Shown: positions 16,935-25,308 of the stretch, piece after piece | How the letters are laid out: every line of letters starts with the position of its first letter | Position numbering within the stretch: the first letter of the stretch is position 1 | Assembly (NCBI GenBank): GCA_036399715.1 | Contig: DASWMO010000138.1 | Location: forward strand, 1-58,434 | Direction: 5' to 3' | From: Rubricoccaceae bacterium | GTDB taxonomy: Bacteria > Bacteroidota > Rhodothermia > Rhodothermales > Rubricoccaceae | Length of the DNA stretch: 58,434 nucleotides | The notes under the pieces: model-generated | Seen by the model: the letters and a program-made list of their open reading frames with translations, nothing else | Told to the model about the DNA's origin: nothing | Databases searched by the model: none | Made by a program: the position numbers and the translations under genes

Positions 16935-17126
16935 CTACGCGAACTCCTTGACGGCGCGGACGGACCGGCCGCGGTAGTGACCGCAGGTCGGGCACGCGCG
17001 GTGCATGAGCTTGTCGGCCGCACAGTTCGGGCACTCCTGCGTCACCGGCAGGGTCGTGATCTTGTACGCCTGGGCGCGGCGCGCGCGCGTGCGGGCTTTG
17101 GAGGTGCGGCGCTTGGGGTGAGCCAT
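16935..17126 (-). CDS. rpmF: 50S ribosomal protein L32
   Basis: The product starts MAHPKRRTSKARTRARRA and carries the Cys cluster CPNC...CPTCG. Confidence 0.93.
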   Translation of the reverse strand: MAHPKRRTSKARTRARRAQAYKITTLPVTQECPNCAADKLMHRACPTCGHYRGRSVRAVKEFA

Positions 17127-17165
17127 CGGGAGAGTCGGAGACGCCCGCGGTGCGGGCTGGTGAGA

Positions 17166-17714
17166 TCAGGCGGCCGGGGAGCCGTCGTCGGAAGAGTCGT
17201 CTGTGTCGTCGGGGGTGCCGTCGCCGGCGCCGTCGCCGGAGCGGAGCGCTGAGAGGGCGGCCCACCGGCTGTCCGCGGGCTCGTCCGCGGGCGGCGCGCC
17301 GAAGGCCGTCGGGAGGTCGAGCGCCTCGGCGGCGGGGCTGATGCGCCGCAGCGGGAGCGCGAGCATCAGCGTGTCGCGCACGGGCGCTGTGAGGTCCGCA
17401 TGCGAGGCGTCGTCGTTGGCGACGACGATGTCCTCGTCATCGGACGTCGCCAGCGGGGCGTCGGGCGCCACGATGAGCACGGCATGCTCGCCGCGGACGC
17501 TCTGGTCGAACGGCTCGGCCGTGCGGTCGCACACGAGGTGCGCCGTCGCGGAGACGGCGAACGAGGCCGCGATCTGCCGCGTCGTGACGACGAGCTGCAT
17601 CTCGACTGCGATGTCGGAGAACAGCGCAGGGTCGAGGTCGAGCTCCGCCGGCGTCGGCGTGAGCGCCTCGGTGTGGAGGCCGTCGGAGAGCGGGGCGATG
17701 CGGACCCGAAGCAT
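17166..17714 (-). CDS. yceD: YceD/DUF177 family protein (large-subunit rRNA accumulation protein)
   Basis: It lies immediately upstream of rpmF. It has the central motif ..LVCDRT.EPF and an acidic C-terminal tail. Confidence 0.8.
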   Translation of the reverse strand: MLRVRIAPLSDGLHTEALTPTPAELDLDPALFSDIAVEMQLVVTTRQIAASFAVSATAHLVCDRTAEPFDQSVRGEHAVLIVAPDAPLATSDDEDIVVANDDASHADLTAPVRDTLMLALPLRRISPAAEALDLPTAFGAPPADEPADSRWAALSALRSGDGAGDGTPDDTDDSSDDGSPAA

Positions 17715-17957
17715 GGGGCGGCGGTCAATGAACGGTCAGAGCCCGCGCAGATCGGGCGCGCGGAGCCAGGGAAAATAGGCGCCGGGGCACCTGCCCGGCA
17801 AGAACCTCACGTGATGTTGGAAAAGCGTGGCGGGCAGTTGCCGGGAATGCGCCGGGGTCCGTACTCTCCCCTGTGAGGCGTCCGGAGACGGATCACCGCG
17901 GCACGCGGGATTTCCTGAGGGAGTTCGTGCACTCCGGGAGACGACAAGTTCACAATC

Positions 17958-18166
17958 TGTGGACAACCGTGTCGGCTCCTCGTCTCGCGGCTCGCCAGGA
18001 CGGTTGAGCGAAAGTCCGTGTCGCTTCAAACGGGATTGGCTATCCCACTGCGGCGCAGTCGCATCCAGAGGGAACGGATTTCTTTTTAGTCTCGTGGACA
18101 ACTCGTTCGCGGCGGGTCGGATCGCGCCCTGAGGGGAGCCGCAGCCACGTCCCGGGGTGTGGATAA
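17958..18166 (+). promoter_or_regulatory. Three co-oriented DnaA boxes in the 540-bp non-coding region upstream of dnaA
   Basis: TGTGGACAA at 17958..17966 is the reverse complement of TTGTCCACA. CGTGGACAA lies at 18093..18101. TGTGGATAA at 18158..18166 is the reverse complement of TTATCCACA, a perfect classical box 88 nt before the dnaA ATG. A short AT patch GGATTTCTTTTTAG lies near 18076. Confidence 0.7.
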
Positions 18167-18253
18167 ACTCTGGCAGCCGGCCGCGCGCAGAGGCATTCGG
18201 ACCCGCGGCGGCGCGAACTTCCGCGCCCCACTCACCCCCACACACTTCTCCGG

Positions 18254-19876
18254 ATGGACCGATCGCGCGACGATGTGTGGGCCGAATGTCTCGGAATCAT
18301 CCGCGACAACATCAGTCGCCAGAGCTTCCGGACGTGGTTCGAGCCGCTCCGGGCGGTCGGGCTGGAGACCGAGGACGGCGCGCTGCGCCTGACGGTCCAG
18401 CTACCGAGCCGCTTCTACTACGAGTGGCTCGAGGAGCACTACTTCGCCCTCCTCCGCAAGACGATCACCAAGGTGCTCGGGCCGAACGGCCGGCTGTACT
18501 ACGACATCGTCATCGAGCGCGACGAGCCCGCCGCCGGCGGGCGGCCGGGCGCCTCGATGGAGCTGCCCGCGCGCGAGCCGGCCAATGTGCCGCCGCCACG
18601 CGGGGCGCCGCCGTTCCAGCTCCCCGAGGGCGTCTCAACTGGCACGCCCGACGCGCCCGCGCCGCAGGTCCGCAACGCGCCTCCGGGTGGAGGCCGGGCA
18701 GAGGCTCCTCGCTCGCCCGCCCCCGCGCGGCCGGACCCCCGCCACACCACCCGCCCCCCCGGCCGCTCGCCCGCGACCGCATCTATTGCGACGGCCCGCC
18801 CGGCCAGCCCCTTTGCCATCCCCGGCATTCGCCAGATGGACGTTGACGCGCACCTCAACGCGTCGTACACGTTCGAGCGCTTTATCGAGGGCGACTGCAA
18901 CCGCCTCGCCCGCAGCGCCTCGTGGGCGATCGCGCAGCAGCCCGGGGCGACGGCCTTCAACCCGTTCCTGATCTACGGCGGCGTCGGGCTCGGCAAAACG
19001 CACCTCATCCAGGCCATCGGCAACTACGCGCTCGCCAACGGCCACGCGCGGACGGTCCGCTACGTGTCGTCCGAGACGTTCACGGCCGAGTTCGTCCAGT
19101 CGATCCAGAACAACCGCATCGCCGAGTTCTCGCAGTTCTACCGCCAGATCGACCTGCTGATCGTCGACGACGTGCAGTTCTTCAGCGGCAAGGAGAAGAC
19201 GCAGGAGGAGTTCTTCCACATCTTCAACGAGCTCCACCAGACCGGCCGCCAGATCGTCCTCTCGACGGATCGCCCGCCGCGCGACATCGTCGGCATCGAG
19301 GAGCGGCTGCTCTCGCGCTTCCAGTGGGGCTTGTCGGCCGACGTCCAGATGCCGGAGCTTGAGACGCGCATCGCGATCCTCAAGCGCCGCGCGACGGACG
19401 ACGGGACGAAGGTCCGAGAGGACGTCATCGAGTACGTCGCGACGCACGTGAAGTCCAACATCCGCGAGCTCGAAGGCGCCCTCATCCGACTCCAGGCGCA
19501 CGCCGCACTGACGAGCCGCGAGATTGACGTCGAGCTCGCCCGCGAGGTCCTGCGGGACCTCATCAAGGAGAGCCGGCCGCACCTCTCGGTCGAGCAGATC
19601 CAGCGCGTCGTGTGCGAGTACCTCAAGATCCCCGAGGATCTCGTGCGGGCCCGCACGCGCAAGCGCGAGATCGTCCAGGCGCGGCAGGTGGCGATGTACT
19701 TCGCCAAGCAGCTCACCAAGCACTCGCTGAAAACGATCGGGCTGCACTTCGGCGGGCGCGACCACTCGACGGTGATCCACGCCGTCCAGTCCGTTTCAGA
19801 TCAGATCGACACGGATCCGAGCTTCCGCGACATGGTCTCGGCCGTCCGCAAAAAGCTGGACCTGCACCAGCGCTGA
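18254..19876 (+). CDS. dnaA: Chromosomal replication initiator protein DnaA
   Basis: The product has four parts: N-terminal domain I (W..CL..I......F.TWF.PL), a long Pro-rich linker, the AAA+ Walker A GGVGLGKTHL with box VII, and the C-terminal DNA-binding signature GGRDHSTV. Confidence 0.97.
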   Translation: MDRSRDDVWAECLGIIRDNISRQSFRTWFEPLRAVGLETEDGALRLTVQLPSRFYYEWLEEHYFALLRKTITKVLGPNGRLYYDIVIERDEPAAGGRPGASMELPAREPANVPPPRGAPPFQLPEGVSTGTPDAPAPQVRNAPPGGGRAEAPRSPAPARPDPRHTTRPPGRSPATASIATARPASPFAIPGIRQMDVDAHLNASYTFERFIEGDCNRLARSASWAIAQQPGATAFNPFLIYGGVGLGKTHLIQAIGNYALANGHARTVRYVSSETFTAEFVQSIQNNRIAEFSQFYRQIDLLIVDDVQFFSGKEKTQEEFFHIFNELHQTGRQIVLSTDRPPRDIVGIEERLLSRFQWGLSADVQMPELETRIAILKRRATDDGTKVREDVIEYVATHVKSNIRELEGALIRLQAHAALTSREIDVELAREVLRDLIKESRPHLSVEQIQRVVCEYLKIPEDLVRARTRKREIVQARQVAMYFAKQLTKHSLKTIGLHFGGRDHSTVIHAVQSVSDQIDTDPSFRDMVSAVRKKLDLHQR

Positions 19877-19992
19877 CGCCGGGCACCTGCGAACGGCGAT
19901 CCGGGCTGAATTCCCCGATTGCCAGCCGCCAGCACCCTTGTCTGACGGCACCAACGGCCCGATACTGCGTTCACGCCTTTTACCCTCGACCG

Positions 19993-21126
19993 ATGAAGTT
20001 CACCGTCTCCAGCGCCGAGCTGCTCCGCGCCCTCTCGACCGTCAACGGGGCCGTGCCGTCAAAGAGCACGCTCCCAATCCTTGAGTGCGTGCTCTTTGAA
20101 CGGGACGACGACCGCCTCGTGATTTCGGCGACGGACCTCGAGGTGTCCATCGTGCAGCGTCTCAACGTGCGCTTCGAGACGAATGGCGACGGCGCGGCGC
20201 GGCCGCGCGTGGCCGTCCCGGCGCGGCGCCTGCTGGACACGCTCCGCGCGCTCCCTGGCCTGCCGGTGACCGTAACCACGGACGCCCAGTTCAACGTCGA
20301 GCTCACGACAGACCAGGGGCGGTACAAGATGGTCGGCTTCGACGGCGGCGACTACCCGGCGCTCCCGAGCCTCGATGGCGCGACGGCCGTCGAGACGACG
20401 GGCGCGCTCGTCCGCCGGGCCATCGACAAGACGGCGTTCGCGGCCAGCCGCGACGCGCTCCGGCCGGCGATGATGGGCGTCCTCTTCCAGATCCGCCCCG
20501 ACGGCTCGACGATCGTCGCGACGGACGGCCACCGCCTCGTCCGCATGAAGACGACCGAGATCACGGCCGCGGAGCCGCTCGACGTCATCGTGCCCGAGAA
20601 GGCGCTCGGGCTCGCCCGCAAGGCCGCGACCGACGGCGCGTGCACCATCCGCACGGCATCGGGCTACGTCGGCTTCGACTTCGGCGAGACGCAGGTCTCG
20701 GGCCGCCTCATCGAGGACCCGTACCCGAACTACGAGGCCGTCATCCCGGTCGAGAACGAGAAGAAGCTGACGGTCGGGCGCGAGGCAATGCTCGCCGCCG
20801 TCCGCCGCGTCGCGCTCTACTCGTCCAGCACCACACACCAGATCCGCCTCTCGCTCGCCCCCGATGCGCTCGACGTGTCGGCCGAGGACGTCGAGCGGGC
20901 TTCGGAAGCGAAGGAGCGCGTGCTGTGCGACTACTCGGCCGAGGCGCTCGAGATCGGCTTCAACTCGCAGTACCTCCTCGAAGTGCTCCAGAACGTCGAC
21001 GGCGAGGACACGGTGTTCGAATTCTCGTCGCCCAACCGCGCCGGCGTCGTCCACCCGGCCGAGGCGGCGGAAGGCGAGGACCTGCTGATGCTGATCATGC
21101 CAGTGATGCTCAACACGTACGCCTGA
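19993..21126 (+). CDS. dnaN: DNA polymerase III beta sliding clamp
   Basis: Starts at MKFTVSSAELLRALSTV...V..KSTLPILE.VLF (ATG at 19993). The end ..LIMPVML is typical, and it lies directly downstream of dnaA. Confidence 0.95.
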   Translation: MKFTVSSAELLRALSTVNGAVPSKSTLPILECVLFERDDDRLVISATDLEVSIVQRLNVRFETNGDGAARPRVAVPARRLLDTLRALPGLPVTVTTDAQFNVELTTDQGRYKMVGFDGGDYPALPSLDGATAVETTGALVRRAIDKTAFAASRDALRPAMMGVLFQIRPDGSTIVATDGHRLVRMKTTEITAAEPLDVIVPEKALGLARKAATDGACTIRTASGYVGFDFGETQVSGRLIEDPYPNYEAVIPVENEKKLTVGREAMLAAVRRVALYSSSTTHQIRLSLAPDALDVSAEDVERASEAKERVLCDYSAEALEIGFNSQYLLEVLQNVDGEDTVFEFSSPNRAGVVHPAEAAEGEDLLMLIMPVMLNTYA

Positions 21127-21127
21127 C

Positions 21128-21667
21128 GTGCCGCTGGCCGTGCTGACGGTCCCGGGCTGGGGCAACTCGGGACCGGACCAGTGGCAGACGCTCTGGGAGC
21201 GTGACCGGCCGAACACGCACCGGGTCGAGCAGGACGACTGGGACTGGCCCGACCGCGCCGCGTGGGTCGACCGACTCGACGCGGTCGTCCGCGAGCAAAC
21301 CGGGCCGGTCGTGCTGGCCGGGCACAGCCTCGGGGCCGTCGCCGCGGCCGTGTGGGTGAGCGAGTACCCGACCGGCCACGTCGTCGGTCTGTTTCTGGTC
21401 GCCCCGGCAGATACCGACGCGCCCGAGGCCATCGCGCCCGTCCTGGCGTTCGGGCCGATGCCGGCGGGACCTCTGCCGCTGCCGTCCCTCATCATCGCGA
21501 GCGACGACGATCCGCACCTGAGCCCCGACCGGGCGGCTGACCTCGCGAACGTGTGGGGCAGCGAGTTGCACGTGCTGCCCGGTGTGGGGCACATCAACAC
21601 GGCCTCCGGCCACGGTCCGTGGCCGGAGGGGCAGCGGATGCTGGATGCCTTCTGTGCGCGTCTCTGA
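21128..21667 (+). CDS. Alpha/beta serine hydrolase, YdeN/RBBP9-like (PF06821-type)
   Basis: It has VPGWGNSGPDQWQ..W near the N-terminus, the nucleophile elbow GHSLGA, and a C-terminal G.GHIN. The GTG lies 1 nt after the dnaN stop. Confidence 0.75.
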   Translation: MPLAVLTVPGWGNSGPDQWQTLWERDRPNTHRVEQDDWDWPDRAAWVDRLDAVVREQTGPVVLAGHSLGAVAAAVWVSEYPTGHVVGLFLVAPADTDAPEAIAPVLAFGPMPAGPLPLPSLIIASDDDPHLSPDRAADLANVWGSELHVLPGVGHINTASGHGPWPEGQRMLDAFCARL

Positions 21668-22225
21668 CTACTCGGCTGCGGGACGGTAGACGAGCGCGGT
21701 CACGCCGGACCCGACCGGGCGGGCTTCGACCAAGTCGAGTGTTGCCTGTTCGGTCTCGAAGAGACGTTTGCCTTCACCGAGCACGACGGGGTAGACGAGC
21801 AGCCGCAACTCGTCCACGAGCCCGGCCCCGAGAAGCGTCCGCACGAGGTGCGCGCTGCCGTAGACGAGCAGGTCGCCGCCCGGCTCGGCCCGGAGCGCGC
21901 GGACTGCCTCGGCCACGTCGCCGTCGAGGCGGCGGGCGTTCCAGGCGGTCCGGTCCAGGTCGGCCTGTGTGAGCGTCGTCGTGGCGACGTGCTTCGGGAT
22001 CGCGTTCATCTCAGCCGCGCCATCGTCGGTGGACGATGGCCACGCGGCGGCGAAGCCCTCGTAGGTCACACGCCCGAGAAGCAGCGCCTCGGCCGATGCC
22101 ATCTCGGCGGATTTGAAGGCGGCGATCTCGTCGTTCCAGTACGGGGCCGTCCACGACGGCGTGTCGATGACGCCGTCGAGCGAGATGAACTCCGTGACGA
22201 CGACGCGGCGAGTCGGGGATGGCAT
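21668..22225 (-). CDS. Dihydrofolate-reductase-like (RibD C-terminal domain) protein
   Basis: Starts at MPSPTRRVVVTEFISLDGV (ATG at 22225). It has LLLGRVTYEGF and DLLVYGSA.L...L...LVDEL.L.V.PVVLG.GKRLF. Confidence 0.8.
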   Translation of the reverse strand: MPSPTRRVVVTEFISLDGVIDTPSWTAPYWNDEIAAFKSAEMASAEALLLGRVTYEGFAAAWPSSTDDGAAEMNAIPKHVATTTLTQADLDRTAWNARRLDGDVAEAVRALRAEPGGDLLVYGSAHLVRTLLGAGLVDELRLLVYPVVLGEGKRLFETEQATLDLVEARPVGSGVTALVYRPAAE

Positions 22226-22725
22226 CAGGCGGCGGGGTTGGTGGAATGCGGAGCAGCGGACGGGTCGGCGGCGACCGGGTCCATCCAGAAGGCATCCCAG
22301 ACGTGGCCGTCGAGGTCGGCGAAGCTGCGGGAGAACATGAAGCCGTGGTCCTGCGGCTCGCCGGAGGGCGTGCCACCGGCCGCGACCGCCGCCTCGATCA
22401 TGGCGTCGACGGCCGCGCGGCTGTCCACGCTGAACGCGAGACCCACGCACGTCGTCACCCGCGGGTCGGCGATGGGCAGCGTCGTGAAGTCGGCGATGCG
22501 CTCGTGCGTGAGCAGCATCGCGTAGGCGTCCTCGCCGATGAGCATGCACGTCTCCTGCGCGCTCGTGAAGTGCGGGTTGAAGGCGAAGCCGAGGGCCTCG
22601 AAGAACCGAACCGACTGCTGGAGGTCGGCGACGGGCAGGCTGAGAAACAGCTTGTGCCGCGTGGCGGGCTCGGTGCCTGGACGCGTGAGCGTGACGGGCG
22701 CGGCGGGGGCGAACGTGTCGGACAT
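22225..22725 (-). CDS. VOC/glyoxalase-family protein
   Basis: MSDTF...KLFLSLPVADLQQSVRFFEALGF.FN and F.DLDGHVW are typical of VOC proteins. The stop overlaps the downstream ATG by 1 nt. Confidence 0.75.
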   Translation of the reverse strand: MSDTFAPAAPVTLTRPGTEPATRHKLFLSLPVADLQQSVRFFEALGFAFNPHFTSAQETCMLIGEDAYAMLLTHERIADFTTLPIADPRVTTCVGLAFSVDSRAAVDAMIEAAVAAGGTPSGEPQDHGFMFSRSFADLDGHVWDAFWMDPVAADPSAAPHSTNPAA

Positions 22726-22745
22726 GGGTCGGGGAATCGGTGCGC

Positions 22746-23168
22746 TCAGCGCGCGGTGAGGAAAAACGCCCGGACGCGGGCGTCGCGGAGGGCGAGGCCG
22801 GCCCAGAGCAGGACGGCGACGTAAACCGGGAAAAGCGTGTGCGAGAACAGCGGCTGGTCCAGCCGGAGGTGCGAGGCGACGGCCCCGCCGAGGTAGCCCG
22901 TCCACAGGACGGCCCCGAGCACGGCCGTCCGCGGCACGAGATAAAGCACGAGGCAGACGATCTGGAGCGCGGCGAGAACCGGGAGGTGGTGCGCCTGCCA
23001 GCCCATCGCCTCGGTCCCGGCGATGGCTTCGGGCGACGCCATGAGCTTCATCCCCGCGTCGACGGCGAGAAACAGGACGGCGACGGCTGATAGCCCGACG
23101 CCGATGCGTCGGGTGGTACGGGACGAGTCGGGCCGGGCGACCGGCGGGGCGAGAGCGAGAGCCGACAT
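22746..23168 (-). CDS. DoxX-like integral membrane protein
   Basis: It has four predicted TM segments (..AVLFLAVDAGMKL.., LQIVCLVLYLVP.., LWTGYLGGAV.., VYVAVLLWAGL). I chose the ATG at 23168 (MSALALAP); the longer ORF would start at 23219. Confidence 0.6.
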   Translation of the reverse strand: MSALALAPPVARPDSSRTTRRIGVGLSAVAVLFLAVDAGMKLMASPEAIAGTEAMGWQAHHLPVLAALQIVCLVLYLVPRTAVLGAVLWTGYLGGAVASHLRLDQPLFSHTLFPVYVAVLLWAGLALRDARVRAFFLTAR

Positions 23169-23239
23169 GGCAGCGGGGGTGGGTTCTCTGGTTAGACCGG
23201 CCCGCCCGCCCGAACTCATCGGTCCGCGTCACCTTTTTC

Positions 23240-24190
23240 TCACGCCAGCCGCATCGGCAGGCCGAAGCGCGGAAAGAGCGCCTCGGTGTCGAGGTAGGAC
23301 GTCATGCTGGTGATGCGGGCGCCATCGAGGTCGAGCACGAGGAGCGCCCACGGCGTCGCGCCGCCGTCGCGGTACTGCGCGAAGGCCGGCGCCCCGCCGC
23401 CCGTCTCCACGGGCACGAGGCGCGAGCCGCGGCACGGGCTGCCGGGCCCGAGCAGCCACCGCGCAATCTCGGCGGGGCCGCGCAGCCAGAGGCTGTACGG
23501 CGGCATCGAGAGCGCCGCCTCCTCGTGCAGGAGGGCTGCGAGCGCGTCGACGTCGTACGCCTCAAAGGCAGCGACGTAGCGCCCGACGAGGTCCTGCTGC
23601 TCGGCCGAGAGCGCCCGCGGTACGACGGTCGGGTTGCGCGCGTCGAGCGTCGCCCGGGCGCGCTGGAGGGCGCTGTTGACCGCGGGCACGGTCATGCCGA
23701 GCGCTTCGGCGGCCTCGGCCGCGGACCAGCTCAGCACCTGCGTCAGCAGGAGGACGGCGCGCTGGCGCGGCGGGAGGAACTGGAGGGCCGCGACGAACGC
23801 GAGGCGCACGCTCTCGCGCAGGACGGCCCGCTGCTCCGGGTCGCCCTCGGCCGGTAGGACGGCCGCGTCAGGCGCAGGCTCGATCCACACCTCGGCGGGA
23901 TGAACCACGAGGTCGCAGGGCTCGGGCGCGACGGCCGGCGGCGTCCCCAGGTCGACCGGCCGGGTCCGCCGCTGCCGGGTCGCCGCGAGCGTGTCGAGGC
24001 ACACGTTCGTCGCGATGCGCGTCAGCCACGTCTGGAGCGCCGCGCGCTCCTCGAAGCGGTCCGACGCGCGCCACGCGCGCACGAGGGACTCCTGGACCGC
24101 GTCCTCGGCGTCGGCGATGGAGCCGAGCATGCGGTAGCAGTGGCCCGTCAGGGCCGGGCGGTACGTCTCGAACAGGGCGGCGGCAGGCAT
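23240..24190 (-). CDS. ECF sigma-70 factor with fused C-terminal SnoaL/NTF2-like domain (SigG/SigJ type)
   Basis: Starts at [30 protein letters not shown], which is sigma region 2. Region 4 follows ([33 protein letters not shown]). The extra roughly 130-aa tail (YV.AFE..DVDAL..LL.E.A..SMPP....L.G...I..W......C.GS.L....ANG.PAFAQY) ends in FGLP. No separate anti-sigma gene is visible. Confidence 0.85.
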   Translation of the reverse strand: MPAAALFETYRPALTGHCYRMLGSIADAEDAVQESLVRAWRASDRFEERAALQTWLTRIATNVCLDTLAATRQRRTRPVDLGTPPAVAPEPCDLVVHPAEVWIEPAPDAAVLPAEGDPEQRAVLRESVRLAFVAALQFLPPRQRAVLLLTQVLSWSAAEAAEALGMTVPAVNSALQRARATLDARNPTVVPRALSAEQQDLVGRYVAAFEAYDVDALAALLHEEAALSMPPYSLWLRGPAEIARWLLGPGSPCRGSRLVPVETGGGAPAFAQYRDGGATPWALLVLDLDGARITSMTSYLDTEALFPRFGLPMRLA

Positions 24191-24306
24191 GGGCTGGGAG
24201 GCGGCGGAGCCCGAGTCTCGCCCGTCCCGGTGACGACACCGTGGCGCCGCCGCTTGGAAACCGGGCAGCGGCGGCGCACATACACCGCGCCCCGATCCGC
24301 CCGCCG

Positions 24307-25308
24307 ATGCCCGAAGGCCCCGAAGTCCGCCGCGCCGCCGACGCGCTCCACGAGGCACTCGCCGGGCAGCCTGTCGTGGCATTCTCGGCCCGGACGAAGG
24401 CGGCAAAGGCGTGGCTGGAGGTCCACCCGGACGCGTTTCCCGGCCGGACGGTCGCGCGCGTCTGGAGCCACGGCAAGATCCTCGTCGGCGAAACCGAGCC
24501 CGACGCTGCGGGCGTCGCGGCCTTCTTCTCGTCCCACTTCATGATGTGGGGCCGATGGCACATCGTCGACCCCGCGGACGAGATCGCGGTCACGCGCGAC
24601 CGCCGCGAGCGCGCCCGCATCGAGACGCCCGAGCGGGTCGCGGTCCTGTTTTCGGCTCCCGTCTTCGAGGTCGGGCTGGGCGACCCGTACGCCGGCGTCG
24701 CGCACCTGCCGACGCTCGGGCCGGACGTTCTTCCGCGCGCGGGCGACTACGACGCCGCGGGCGTCCGCGAGCGCCTCCTCGCCGCGCCCGAGCGGACGGT
24801 TGGGGCGGCGCTGCTGGACCAGACCGTCGTTGCGGGCATCGGCAACTACCTCCGCGCCGAGATCCTCTGGCAGTGCCGCATCGACCCGTGGCGGGCCGTC
24901 GGCGACCTCACAGAGGGTGACTGGGCGTGCCTCGACCACGAGATCCCGCGCGTCTGCGCCCTCGCCTACCACGACGCCGGGCGGACGGTGAGCGAGGCCG
25001 AGCAGGCGCAGATGCACGAGCCGGGCATGACCTACAACGCGCCTCAGCCGTGGAGCACGCGCCACGCCGTCTTCCGGCGGACTAACCTGCCGTGCCTGCG
25101 CTGCGGCGCGCCGGTCCGCCAGAAGCGCCAGACGACGCGCGAGGACGTGACGGGCGAGAATGGCGGCGACAAGGAGCGCATCATCTACTTCTGCGCCGTC
25201 TGCCAGAACACGACCGTCGACCTTCCCCCGGCCCGCCCCCGCGCCTTCGTCCCGGCCGACGCCCCCGACCGCGCGACCGATACCGACGCCCTCGACGACG
25301 ATGCCTGA
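24307..25308 (+). CDS. nei: Fpg/Nei-family DNA glycosylase/AP lyase (endonuclease VIII-like)
   Basis: The N-terminus MPEGPEV carries the catalytic Pro2/Glu3. An H2TH region follows ([20 protein letters not shown]). The C-terminal Cys4 zinc finger (CLRCG...CAVCQ) carries an insertion. The stop lies inside the next gene's first codons (8-bp overlap). Confidence 0.85.
   Translation: MPEGPEVRRAADALHEALAGQPVVAFSARTKAAKAWLEVHPDAFPGRTVARVWSHGKILVGETEPDAAGVAAFFSSHFMMWGRWHIVDPADEIAVTRDRRERARIETPERVAVLFSAPVFEVGLGDPYAGVAHLPTLGPDVLPRAGDYDAAGVRERLLAAPERTVGAALLDQTVVAGIGNYLRAEILWQCRIDPWRAVGDLTEGDWACLDHEIPRVCALAYHDAGRTVSEAEQAQMHEPGMTYNAPQPWSTRHAVFRRTNLPCLRCGAPVRQKRQTTREDVTGENGGDKERIIYFCAVCQNTTVDLPPARPRAFVPADAPDRATDTDALDDDA

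Noticed and set aside
17736-18245. 169-aa minus-strand ORF filling the dnaA upstream region
   Set aside because: GC and third-position GC are lower than in real genes here. There are no motifs, and the ORF spans the DnaA boxes. It is more likely non-coding.
20059-21600. 513-aa minus-strand ORF across dnaN and the hydrolase gene
   Set aside because: It is antisense to two genes with strong family signatures. The composition is shadow-like.
24191-24306. ECF-type promoter (GGAAC-like -35 and CGTC -10) in the sigma/nei divergent region
   Set aside because: A CGTC lies within GGTGTCGTCACC on the minus strand, but no convincing -35 element sits at the right spacing. I do not call a promoter.
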